Origin: a virus
Lineage: Duplodnaviria > Caudoviricetes
Virus record (IMG/VR): IMGVR_UViG_3300037090_000125
Coordinates: 1-52,313 of that record
DNA length: 52,313 bases
Direction: 5' to 3' (one strand)
A model generated the notes under the pieces. It was not told the DNA's origin. It did not search any database and was given only the letters and a program-made list of their open reading frames with translations. Both the position numbers and the translations under genes were made by a program. Below are positions 1 through 7,244 of the stretch, in pieces (position 1 is the stretch's first letter; each line of letters opens with the position of its first letter).

Positions 1-127
1 TGGAGTGCAGATATAGAAATAGAAATCCTTCATACTGCCGTCTCCAGTGCACTTTGCCGGTCGTATTCGACGATGAGCCTATCGCAAAGATCGACCGATG
101 TATTGCAGGCCATGTATTCGGACAGCT
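1..127. repeat. Terminal overlap copy 1 (assembly circularity)
   Basis: Identical to 52187-52313. Confidence 0.98.
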
Positions 128-227
128 TCTCGCCCGCCAGCTTTTTGAAATCAGAGTATTCCTTAAACTTCCTCATCTTGATTTGCAGAAGCGCCTCTCG
201 TTTGTTCTCAAGGTCTTGGCGCGTCAT
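30..227 (-). CDS. Small coiled-coil hypothetical protein
   Basis: Likely start MTRQDLENK at 227 (ATGA overlap with the upstream stop); its stop overlaps the ATG of the 52219 gene across the circular join. Confidence 0.7.
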   Translation of the reverse strand: MTRQDLENKREALLQIKMRKFKEYSDFKKLAGEKLSEYMACNTSVDLCDRLIVEYDRQSALETAV

Positions 228-817
228 ATTTGTACCCCAGTGAAAGAAGGGTCGTCTAAATGCTTCCCGATCCTGGATGCTATCCACTGCATAATCACTG
301 GCTCGGACGGGTCTCGGGTTATTCCATCCTCGACGCAATAACTGATCGGCAAGTGCGTTACCGTAATCTTTCCGTCGGATTCCCAAGACCGGGCAAGAAC
401 TCCGAAGTTTTCCTGATCGGCCGCACAGTTATCCGGGAACTCTTCGTTTAGCCTTCGCCATTCAGCGATAAAAAGGCGTGATGCCTCGTTGTTTTTGAAG
501 TAGACCATCGAGGCTATGCCGTAGCCGTTCTCGTTTTCAACGAAGGCAAGATCGGTTGTGATGTTGTCCAGGAGTTCCGGGTACTGTTCGATCTCCCCGT
601 CCGCGTCGATCCAACAAATGTTTCTGTCGGGAAACCTGCCGAGCATTCCGAGAATGAAATACGCTTTGCGGAAACAGCAATCATTCCAGGTGCCGGGCCT
701 TTCGTGAGTTTGGACGCATCTATCGAGCGCAAAGTATTCCAGACTCTTTACGAGTCTATCCGACTGCCATGAGTAGAACTCGTCGGGCGTGTGCCAGGAC
801 ACAAAGAGGGGCATCAT
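224..817 (-). CDS. GT-A fold glycosyltransferase-like protein
   Basis: DxD motif (WIDADG), KAYFIL and later DQE motif typical of nucleotide-diphospho-sugar transferases. Confidence 0.75.
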   Translation of the reverse strand: MMPLFVSWHTPDEFYSWQSDRLVKSLEYFALDRCVQTHERPGTWNDCCFRKAYFILGMLGRFPDRNICWIDADGEIEQYPELLDNITTDLAFVENENGYGIASMVYFKNNEASRLFIAEWRRLNEEFPDNCAADQENFGVLARSWESDGKITVTHLPISYCVEDGITRDPSEPVIMQWIASRIGKHLDDPSFTGVQI

Positions 818-1215
818 GCGATCTCCATTTGGGGTTTGCCGAAAACCTCATCATAGGTTTTTGCAACCCGTCCCTCGTGGTCTACCCATGCCACCCCTGC
901 GACGGCACACATCATCCGCTCCACGGCTATCGCAACACCATGTTGATGCTTGTACGGCGAATCGACCATATCCCCCGGTTGACCAGGGTCGTCCTCGTGG
1001 GCCTTGTCGTAGGCGTCTATCTCATCAATAGAGATTCCAGCCATTTCGAGAAGCGTTTCTTCGACAAGTTCATGAATCAAAACCAACCGATTGGTGAACT
1101 CGTTGCCAGTGTCCAAGATTTCAAACCGAAGTGTTCCGTTGGGTTTAATGAAATAATCGCCGACCGTGGCATACCGCATCTTGGCGGGGTAGGATATTTC
1201 AATTAGTCTCGGCAT
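814..1215 (-). CDS. Hypothetical protein with HExxE putative metal-binding motif
   Basis: VLIHELVE plus downstream His residues; start at MPRLIEI inferred; coupled to neighbours. Confidence 0.6.
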   Translation of the reverse strand: MPRLIEISYPAKMRYATVGDYFIKPNGTLRFEILDTGNEFTNRLVLIHELVEETLLEMAGISIDEIDAYDKAHEDDPGQPGDMVDSPYKHQHGVAIAVERMMCAVAGVAWVDHEGRVAKTYDEVFGKPQMEIA

Positions 1216-1763
1216 ATTGGCGCTCCCCACATATCTTCCGTCCATCCGCTCAAGGATTTCACTTTCCCCCCAAAGAACCGGCTAAACCTCATCCATTCCT
1301 CTTGCATTGTTTCCGCTGTGATTTGCCCGACCGCGCCGGTTATTTTCGGATCGTTCGATACCGGAATCCCGGCCAGCACGATTGAGTCAAAGCCCATGAG
1401 AAGGGAAATGATGACTGCGGATAGTCCGCTCGTGCCGCCGTCTGCGTGCAAGGGCCAAATTACTTCCGGCCACCCGCCTGCCCGGTGTGTGCTCATCGGT
1501 ATCGGGTTATCCTTCCTCGCCTTGCACCAAAACCAAAGTTTGGGGGGGTGAAGCGAGGCGGCATAGTCGAGCTTGCCCTTGTACGCCGGGATAGCGTCGT
1601 TTACCGCCATGCGCTCCCCGTTGTGTTTCTTGTCGTACCGTTTCAGGTCATCGGGCAGGCACTTAGCACTGCCCATAATGAGAAGTGCCTTACCGGCCCC
1701 CGACCCGATCAAATCGGGCAGGGGACCAGTAGGAGCGCAGTATCGGATTAAGTCCTCCATCAT
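1203..1763 (-). CDS. Maf/MptE-like (sialyltransferase-like fold) putative glycosyltransferase
   Basis: LIMGSAKCL, AVND and GTSGLSAVIISLLMGFDSIVLAGI pattern recognised by eye. Confidence 0.6.
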   Translation of the reverse strand: MMEDLIRYCAPTGPLPDLIGSGAGKALLIMGSAKCLPDDLKRYDKKHNGERMAVNDAIPAYKGKLDYAASLHPPKLWFWCKARKDNPIPMSTHRAGGWPEVIWPLHADGGTSGLSAVIISLLMGFDSIVLAGIPVSNDPKITGAVGQITAETMQEEWMRFSRFFGGKVKSLSGWTEDMWGAPICRD

Positions 1764-1765
1764 GT

Positions 1766-1867
1766 TTGCAATCCCATGTTGTCTGTGCTATAAAAGAACG
1801 AGCCACAGGACGTTAGCGGCGTCTCTGCGGCTCTAATCCAATCATTTGCTAACAAGGAGCAAACTTC
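1766..1867 (+). promoter_or_regulatory. Sigma70 promoter plus two-hairpin leader of HNH cassette 1
   Basis: TTGCAA(1766)-17bp-TATAAA(1789) with extended TG; GAGCC..GGCTC stem 1800-1833; RBS hairpin TTTGCT/AGCAAA 1845-1863. Confidence 0.75.
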
Positions 1868-2398
1868 ATGGACTTTCCCAAAGATACCACGAACGTCGAG
1901 ATTCCTAAAGGCCTTTGTCAATGTGGGTGTGGAGAGAAAACCACAGTAGTTTGCGGCGTCCCCCGAAAGTTCATCCATAACCATCATTGTTTTGGAGAAA
2001 ACAACTCGTCCTGGAATAACGGGCGGACCGTCAGCAATGGTTATGTCCTCATCAAACAACCAGATCACCCCAAGGCCAATATCAACGGTTTTGTGCATGA
2101 GCACATCATTATGGCTGAAAAAGCCTTGGGCAAACCACTTCCACCAAAAGCGCAAGTACATCATCACGGTCCGAAGGCGAACCAATGCTTGGTGATATGC
2201 CAGGACACCGCCTACCACCAATTGATTGAGAAGCGCACTCGCGCCTACAACGCCTGCGGAAATGCTAACTGGCTGAAGTGTGTCCATTGCAAAAAATATG
2301 ATGAACCTCATAAGCTGGTTGTCCATGGCCGCCATATTGCCCACGCTGAATGTGACAGAAATTATGGCCGAGCTTTTCGAGAAAAATCAAAAGCCTAG
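1868..2398 (+). CDS. HNH homing endonuclease with N-terminal CxCGC zinc motif (antisense to structural operon)
   Basis: GLCQCGCG; VHEHIIMAEKALG..VHH..NQCLVIC....H; paralog of 3645-4235. Confidence 0.85.
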   Translation: MDFPKDTTNVEIPKGLCQCGCGEKTTVVCGVPRKFIHNHHCFGENNSSWNNGRTVSNGYVLIKQPDHPKANINGFVHEHIIMAEKALGKPLPPKAQVHHHGPKANQCLVICQDTAYHQLIEKRTRAYNACGNANWLKCVHCKKYDEPHKLVVHGRHIAHAECDRNYGRAFREKSKA

Positions 2399-2661
2399 TC
2401 TATGCCTACGACCACAAGCGTGTGCAACAAGTTGCTGGTTGGGGCGGCCCCATAAGTAAGAACGGCACCCGACCATGAAAGCTGGGGGTTGTATCCCGCC
2501 GTTTCTGTCTGGTTACCGACGAAGGCGCCTTCAATCTTGCCGAGCCGCGCCTGGAGGGTTGTCCCGCTACCGTCGCCCTTGACGGTCATTATTTCCGCCC
2601 TCTTGTTCCCCCAGGTGGTGAAGCTCCGGTTGGTTATGTTTGCCGCTGGAATTGCAGCCAT
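2395..2661 (-). CDS. Small virion protein, probable head decoration (paralog B)
   Basis: Downstream of the capsid gene; shares WGNKR, LGKIE, GNQTE and QLSWSG with 2679-2942. Confidence 0.6.
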   Translation of the reverse strand: MAAIPAANITNRSFTTWGNKRAEIMTVKGDGSGTTLQARLGKIEGAFVGNQTETAGYNPQLSWSGAVLTYGAAPTSNLLHTLVVVGID

Positions 2662-2678
2662 TTTACATCACCTTCCTT

Positions 2679-2942
2679 TCAGTCAGATCCGACTGCAAAG
2701 ATTGTATGTTTCTTTGTTGAAGCGGGCGCCACAGCGTAGGTCAGCGTATTGCCGCTCCAACTAAGCTGAGCGTTCCATCCTGCATTTTCCGTCTGATTTC
2801 CGGCCCAAGCCGCCTCTATCTTGCCGAGGGGAAAGGCGAGGGTCGCCGTGCCAGCCAGGTCGCCCGTGATCGTGGCAAAGCAAACCCTCTTATTGCCCCA
2901 TGAACAGAAGTGAAAGTGGGTCGGAGATATTGTAAGAGCCAT
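2679..2942 (-). CDS. Small virion protein, probable head decoration (paralog A)
   Basis: Tandem paralog of 2395-2661; GAGG RBS. Confidence 0.6.
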   Translation of the reverse strand: MALTISPTHFHFCSWGNKRVCFATITGDLAGTATLAFPLGKIEAAWAGNQTENAGWNAQLSWSGNTLTYAVAPASTKKHTIFAVGSD

Positions 2943-2957
2943 ACCTCACCGCCCTTT

Positions 2958-3506
2958 CTACTTCAGGAAGGTTGTCAGGTCGGGAAGACGCCTGGTCCTG
3001 AACCAGAAGAAACCCACAAAAGACGCGCTGGTTGTGGCGCAAGTATAGGTCATGGTCTTGTACGTTCCGTCCCCGATGAAGTTCTGAAAGACAGGGATCG
3101 CATTGTGCTCTGCGGTATTCGCGCCGTCCTGACCCTTTTTGAACGCATACCCGAGGGTATTCGCGGACAGATACGCGGCGTTGGTTCCCTGTGAGACTGT
3201 GAACGCAGGCCGTACCCATCCGGCCGTTGCGATGGAAGCCCCGTAGACGAAACAATACGGTCCGTAAGTGGCATACTCGGACGAGAGGATACCGATGTTA
3301 ATGGTTTTCGCCCCGGTTCCCTCAACGGTCTGAACGAAGACGTAGCAGGACTGCCAATCAATTTCCTGGTACTTCTCGATCACGTACCCCTTGCCGGCGA
3401 CTGCGGCGTTCCCATCGAAGGTGGTCTCAACATTGCTGTTGAAACTCATCGGCAGGCATTCATATTGCCATTCGGCGGCCATGTTTGTTGCAAGTCCAAT
3501 AGTCAT
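2958..3506 (-). CDS. Putative capsid cement/decoration protein
   Basis: First same-strand gene after the major capsid gene; beta-rich composition; AGGAAGGA RBS. Confidence 0.5.
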   Translation of the reverse strand: MTIGLATNMAAEWQYECLPMSFNSNVETTFDGNAAVAGKGYVIEKYQEIDWQSCYVFVQTVEGTGAKTINIGILSSEYATYGPYCFVYGASIATAGWVRPAFTVSQGTNAAYLSANTLGYAFKKGQDGANTAEHNAIPVFQNFIGDGTYKTMTYTCATTSASFVGFFWFRTRRLPDLTTFLK

Positions 3507-3542
3507 TTTTTATATTCCTTCCTTTCTAAGTACTTGTTTGTT

Positions 3543-3644
3543 TTGCATTACAGGGAGGTTTGTGGTATAAAAGAACGAGCCGGAAAGATGCGCTAACATC
3601 AAACCGGCTCTAACCAATTTATCTACTGAAAAGGAGTAGACAGC
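3543..3644 (+). promoter_or_regulatory. Sigma70 promoter plus two-hairpin leader of HNH cassette 2
   Basis: TTGCAT(3543)-17bp-TATAAA(3566) with extended TG; GAGCCGG..CCGGCTC stem 3577-3610; RBS hairpin TCTACT/AGTAGA 3622-3640. Confidence 0.75.
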
Positions 3645-4235
3645 ATGGCTGAGCCCAAAGATACCACGAACATTCCTGAGATTCCATACGGTTTTTGTCA
3701 TTGTGGATGCGGGCAGAAAGCGCCACTCGCGCCGATTACGAACAATGGCGGACGGCACAGCCAAACAAAGGGCGACCCCTTGCGGTTCTGCTCCGGCCAT
3801 CAGGCTAGAGGGAAGTGCAACTCGTCCTACAATGGCGGCAAAAGCGTCGTCAGGGGTTATACTGTAACCATGCGCCCCGGTACTCATGCCGGGTACGATT
3901 ACGAACATCGGCTTATTGCCGAAAAAGCACTTGGCCGCCCACTGAAGCCGCCGGAAGAGGTTCATCACCATGGCCCTAAGAAAGACCAGTGTTTGGTAAT
4001 TTGCCAGGATCATGCGTACCACATGCTTCTCCACCAAAGACAACGCGCCCTTGAAGCGTGCGGTAATGCCGACTACCGCAAATGCTGGATATGCAAAACG
4101 TGGCATGACTCCGCCGACATGGAACGCATTGGAGACGGATATCAACATGTAGAATGCCGCATTACTCGGTACCATCGATTACATCCTAATAGCGCCTATC
4201 GATCTAGGCGTAAGCATCAGGAAAGACTTGAATAA
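3645..4235 (+). CDS. HNH homing endonuclease with CxCGC motif (antisense, overlaps capsid gene 3' end)
   Basis: GFCHCGCG; YEHRLIAEKALGRPL..EEVHH..DQCLVICQDHAYH. Confidence 0.85.
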   Translation: MAEPKDTTNIPEIPYGFCHCGCGQKAPLAPITNNGGRHSQTKGDPLRFCSGHQARGKCNSSYNGGKSVVRGYTVTMRPGTHAGYDYEHRLIAEKALGRPLKPPEEVHHHGPKKDQCLVICQDHAYHMLLHQRQRALEACGNADYRKCWICKTWHDSADMERIGDGYQHVECRITRYHRLHPNSAYRSRRKHQERLE

Positions 4236-5152
4236 AAGCCATGTGCATTTCTGCGCTTACACAAAAGTTGCCCTACCCAGATGAGCTGTGTCGTGTAGAC
4301 GTACTGATCCACCGGGCGCATCCACGGTTCTCTTACGAAAAAGAAGTCCTTGTGCGACTTCATATCGAGCAGGTTTTCGTTGAGGAAATACAGGTACCCC
4401 GATGGGCAGAGGTAATCGGATACGAGCGGGATGCCGTTGATGACGAGGTTTTGGAAACCTACTTCGGCAAGCTCGGCCTCTTCGTATCTCTGGTTGACCT
4501 GGGTTTGTCCTTCGACAACATCGAAAAGGGTCCGCGTGGTGATCATGATGGTCGGTTTGTCTTCGATGCCGTCGCCCACCTGGCAGGAAGTTCTACCCGC
4601 ACGCATGATCGCATAGGACAAAGCGTAGCCGGTCGTGTTGGCAACGCCGGTCGTCCATTCGGCGATATCGGAGGATGATATCTGACCGTATGAGGTTGTC
4701 GACGAACTCATCATGGCCGGAAGTCCGAGCATCCCGCGCCCGGTCGGTTGCTGGGTAGAGTTGTTGTAAAAATCGACCGCAATGCTCTGACGAATCTTTT
4801 TCTGTGCGTTTGTGAGTTTTGCCGCAACAATATCGACCTGAGCGGCGCTTCCTGCGTTTCGGACCTTATCGTCGATATCGAAGGTAACGGGTTCGTAGTA
4901 GTAGGCAGGTGCAAAGCGAGCGGCGTTCAGTTCCTCACGCTTCGAGGTATCGAACTTGCTTTGCGCGTTGAACGATCCGCCTACAGGTTGGCCGTACTGA
5001 ATCACCACGCGGAGGTAGTCGCCGCCGCTCCACTTGCGCCCTTTTTTTAGCAGCCGGTACATAAGGGCGTTGCCCTTAAAGTACTGATCGTGCGCACCGG
5101 GCTCCCAATAATCCTGGGTGAGAGCATTGATTTCATTGAGATTCAAACTCAT
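4217..5152 (-). CDS. Major capsid protein
   Basis: 311 aa directly after scaffold and portal; GFQNLVINGIPLVSD..CPSGYLYFLN and terminal RRNAHG resemble podophage HK97-fold capsids. Confidence 0.85.
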   Translation of the reverse strand: MSLNLNEINALTQDYWEPGAHDQYFKGNALMYRLLKKGRKWSGGDYLRVVIQYGQPVGGSFNAQSKFDTSKREELNAARFAPAYYYEPVTFDIDDKVRNAGSAAQVDIVAAKLTNAQKKIRQSIAVDFYNNSTQQPTGRGMLGLPAMMSSSTTSYGQISSSDIAEWTTGVANTTGYALSYAIMRAGRTSCQVGDGIEDKPTIMITTRTLFDVVEGQTQVNQRYEEAELAEVGFQNLVINGIPLVSDYLCPSGYLYFLNENLLDMKSHKDFFFVREPWMRPVDQYVYTTQLIWVGQLLCKRRNAHGFYSSLS

Positions 5153-5188
5153 TTCTTTGTCCTTTCAGTGACTTAGGTTAGTTCTGCT

Positions 5189-5208
5189 CGGTCTCTAAAA
5201 GGACTCTG
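5189..5208 (-). promoter_or_regulatory. Repeated leader motif CAGAGTCC-N2/3-TAGAGACCG (copy upstream of capsid gene)
   Basis: Second copy at 6145-6163. Confidence 0.55.
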
Positions 5209-5227
5209 AAATGTTGCCGTTTTGGTG

Positions 5228-6082
5228 TTAGTCGAGACTTCCACCTCTCATCGCTTTAAGTGCGGCCTTCATTGCTTCCGCCGCGTCTTCGCTGTTACTG
5301 AAATTCTGCACCTTGCCGCTTCCGCCGCCAGTGGAGGCCCTTGCCGTTCCGCCGCCCTGAAGCAGTCGAATCCCGCCCCGAGCCTTCATGGTCTGGAGCG
5401 TTTCCTTTTCGCCGGCCTGCTTGCCCTTCGCGCCAGCCGTGGCGATCTGGGCCTTGAGGTCTGCAATTTCCTTCTGGTGCGTTACCGTTGCCCGATCCGC
5501 CTTGAAGGCGAGATATGCCTGTACGCCGTCAGCATAAAAGGGGTTGCGAGCCCTGAAAGTGGCGAACTCACCCGCCAGTGCTCCGTTAATTGCTTCGGGC
5601 GCGTCCGGGTGTGCGGCGAGAAACTGTGAATCCCGCTGCTGTTCGCTCAATGTGGTTGACGTGGCTGATTGTGCCCGGATTTCGGCAAACTGTCCTATTG
5701 CATCGAGCAGGGTCGGGATTGCGTCCATGTCCCCGTTTGCAAACCTGGTAAGAGCGTCTTGCGCCTGGTCCCTGATGCCGGTTATCGGGTCTTGCTGAGC
5801 CTGAACCGGAGCGGGAGCGGGCTGGTACACAGGTTGCGGCGCCGGCTGATTCGCCTTTGCGCTCAGTTCGGCAATCTGTTTTTGAAGGTCCAGATTCTCG
5901 CTGATCCGGTCCATGACCTCTTGACCGGTGAGCGTAACTTCGTTTCCATCGTCGCCCGTTATGGCCATGTAGGGTTGCGATAAGTCAAGTTCGGTCTCTT
6001 GCGGCTGACTTTCGGACTCATCGTTTAGGGTGCCGTCGTCGTTCTGTTCAAAATCGTCCTGGGTGCCGTTATCAAGTTCCAT
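5228..6082 (-). CDS. Capsid scaffolding protein
   Basis: Acidic N-terminus, helical Ala/Gln-rich body, Gly-rich linker, immediately upstream of the capsid gene. Confidence 0.75.
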   Translation of the reverse strand: MELDNGTQDDFEQNDDGTLNDESESQPQETELDLSQPYMAITGDDGNEVTLTGQEVMDRISENLDLQKQIAELSAKANQPAPQPVYQPAPAPVQAQQDPITGIRDQAQDALTRFANGDMDAIPTLLDAIGQFAEIRAQSATSTTLSEQQRDSQFLAAHPDAPEAINGALAGEFATFRARNPFYADGVQAYLAFKADRATVTHQKEIADLKAQIATAGAKGKQAGEKETLQTMKARGGIRLLQGGGTARASTGGGSGKVQNFSNSEDAAEAMKAALKAMRGGSLD

Positions 6083-6113
6083 TGCCTAAGTTCCTTTCCG
6101 GTGTTTGAGAAGT

Positions 6114-6147
6114 AAAAAACCGGCTCAGATTTTCTGTGTCTGGCCGG
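6114..6147 (-). terminator. Putative intrinsic terminator/attenuator upstream of scaffold gene
   Basis: Minus strand CCGGCCAGA-loop-TCTGAGCCGG followed by TTTTTT. Confidence 0.6.
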
Positions 6148-6163
6148 TCTCTAGTGGACTCTG
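6145..6163 (-). promoter_or_regulatory. Repeated leader motif (copy upstream of scaffold, overlapping the terminator stem)
   Basis: CAGAGTCCACTAGAGACCG; matches 5189-5208. Confidence 0.55.
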
Positions 6164-6188
6164 CTGATTGTCTAACTATTGAATGCCG

Positions 6189-6398
6189 TCACTCCATCAC
6201 GAAATAATTGTCCGTCTTGCATCGGGGACACCTGACCTTCTGTGGTCCCGTCGGATCTCCCTCAAAAAAGAGTTTCCCGCACCGTGGATTAAGACATCGG
6301 CATTCGATCTGCGGGACTTCCGATGAACATTCGGGAAGCCCGTATCTCACTTTGGGGAGATTTAGCCGGTGCAACGTGGCGTGCGGGTGAGTTCCCAT
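6189..6398 (-). CDS. Mu Com-like zinc-ribbon regulator
   Basis: ECRCLNPRCGKLFF..KVRCPRCKTDN pattern. Confidence 0.7.
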   Translation of the reverse strand: MGTHPHATLHRLNLPKVRYGLPECSSEVPQIECRCLNPRCGKLFFEGDPTGPQKVRCPRCKTDNYFVME

Positions 6399-6745
6399 TA
6401 CACTTCGGTCCTATTGTATTGTCCCGGTTTCTCTCTAATGCCCTTGGTGGCAAGGTAGTCGTTAAACTCCTTGCGGGTCTTCATGACGTTGCCCTGGTAT
6501 AACCCGTTGCCCTTTGTGCCCTCGTAGTGCTCCTGTGATACCGTTTTTGCGTGTTCGTCGAGCCACGAGCAATCTTCGAGCAGCCCGCGTATCGGGTGAT
6601 TGTCGAACTTGCCCGAAACAATGATGTATTTGGCCTTCCCGCCGCACTTTTCGCAGGGAAGCGTATCGGGGCGGGACCGCCAGGAGGTGAAAACGGTTTC
6701 CTCGTGGGCGCCGCATGTGTCGCATTGGAAAACGAAGATGCCCAT
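6398..6745 (-). CDS. FmdB-like zinc-ribbon protein
   Basis: MGIFVFQCDTCG..E....PCEKCGG. Confidence 0.7.
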   Translation of the reverse strand: MGIFVFQCDTCGAHEETVFTSWRSRPDTLPCEKCGGKAKYIIVSGKFDNHPIRGLLEDCSWLDEHAKTVSQEHYEGTKGNGLYQGNVMKTRKEFNDYLATKGIREKPGQYNRTEV

Positions 6746-7008
6746 CAGTAATACTCCACATCAAATATCGTATTGCTTTCGCTAAGATCGACTACTAACG
6801 GTTCGGTCCGTTCTAGATATTTGCCGGGTCTTACTTTTGTGCGAAGCATCCAAACAAATTCCCCTTCCGAATCAGCACAAACAACCTTGGCCATGCTCCA
6901 CGCGATTCCGAATAAATTATAATTGATATAGAGCACATCCGGAAATCCGGCTTGCGTTATGATTCTTCTGAGGTCACTCCACGTCAACGGGACTGCGTTT
7001 TCCATCAC
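6745..7008 (-). CDS. Hypothetical protein
   Basis: Translationally coupled ORF. Confidence 0.55.
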   Translation of the reverse strand: MMENAVPLTWSDLRRIITQAGFPDVLYINYNLFGIAWSMAKVVCADSEGEFVWMLRTKVRPGKYLERTEPLVVDLSESNTIFDVEYY

Positions 7009-7244
7009 CTAGCCCTCCCGTCGTTCATGACATCCATTGCCGCTGCGCCAAGGCCTACTGGTTCGATTAGGGGTTTGTCTTTTTTCTTCCGTGCCTGATG
7101 GAGGTTGTTCATGGCCGCAAGAAGCATATCCATAGCCAAGTCGAGGTTATCCGGAATGCCGATTTGAAGCGTGCGGTTAGAAAGTGCGTGAATCACTACT
7201 TCGGCTTCGATTGTCGGTGCTGGGATTTTGGGTTGATTGCTCAC
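7005..7244 (-). CDS. Hypothetical protein
   Basis: Coupled to the portal stop. Confidence 0.6.
   Translation of the reverse strand: MSNQPKIPAPTIEAEVVIHALSNRTLQIGIPDNLDLAMDMLLAAMNNLHQARKKKDKPLIEPVGLGAAAMDVMNDGRAR

Noticed and set aside
1-127. 127-bp terminal repeat as a biological direct terminal repeat
   Set aside because: Length equals a common assembler k-mer and it cuts through coding sequence; best read as a circular assembly overlap
1760-2344. Minus-strand ORFs 1760-2344 and 3510-4175 that would keep operon polarity
   Set aside because: Antisense to clear HNH genes that have promoters and RBSs; their similarity to each other follows from the HNH paralogy
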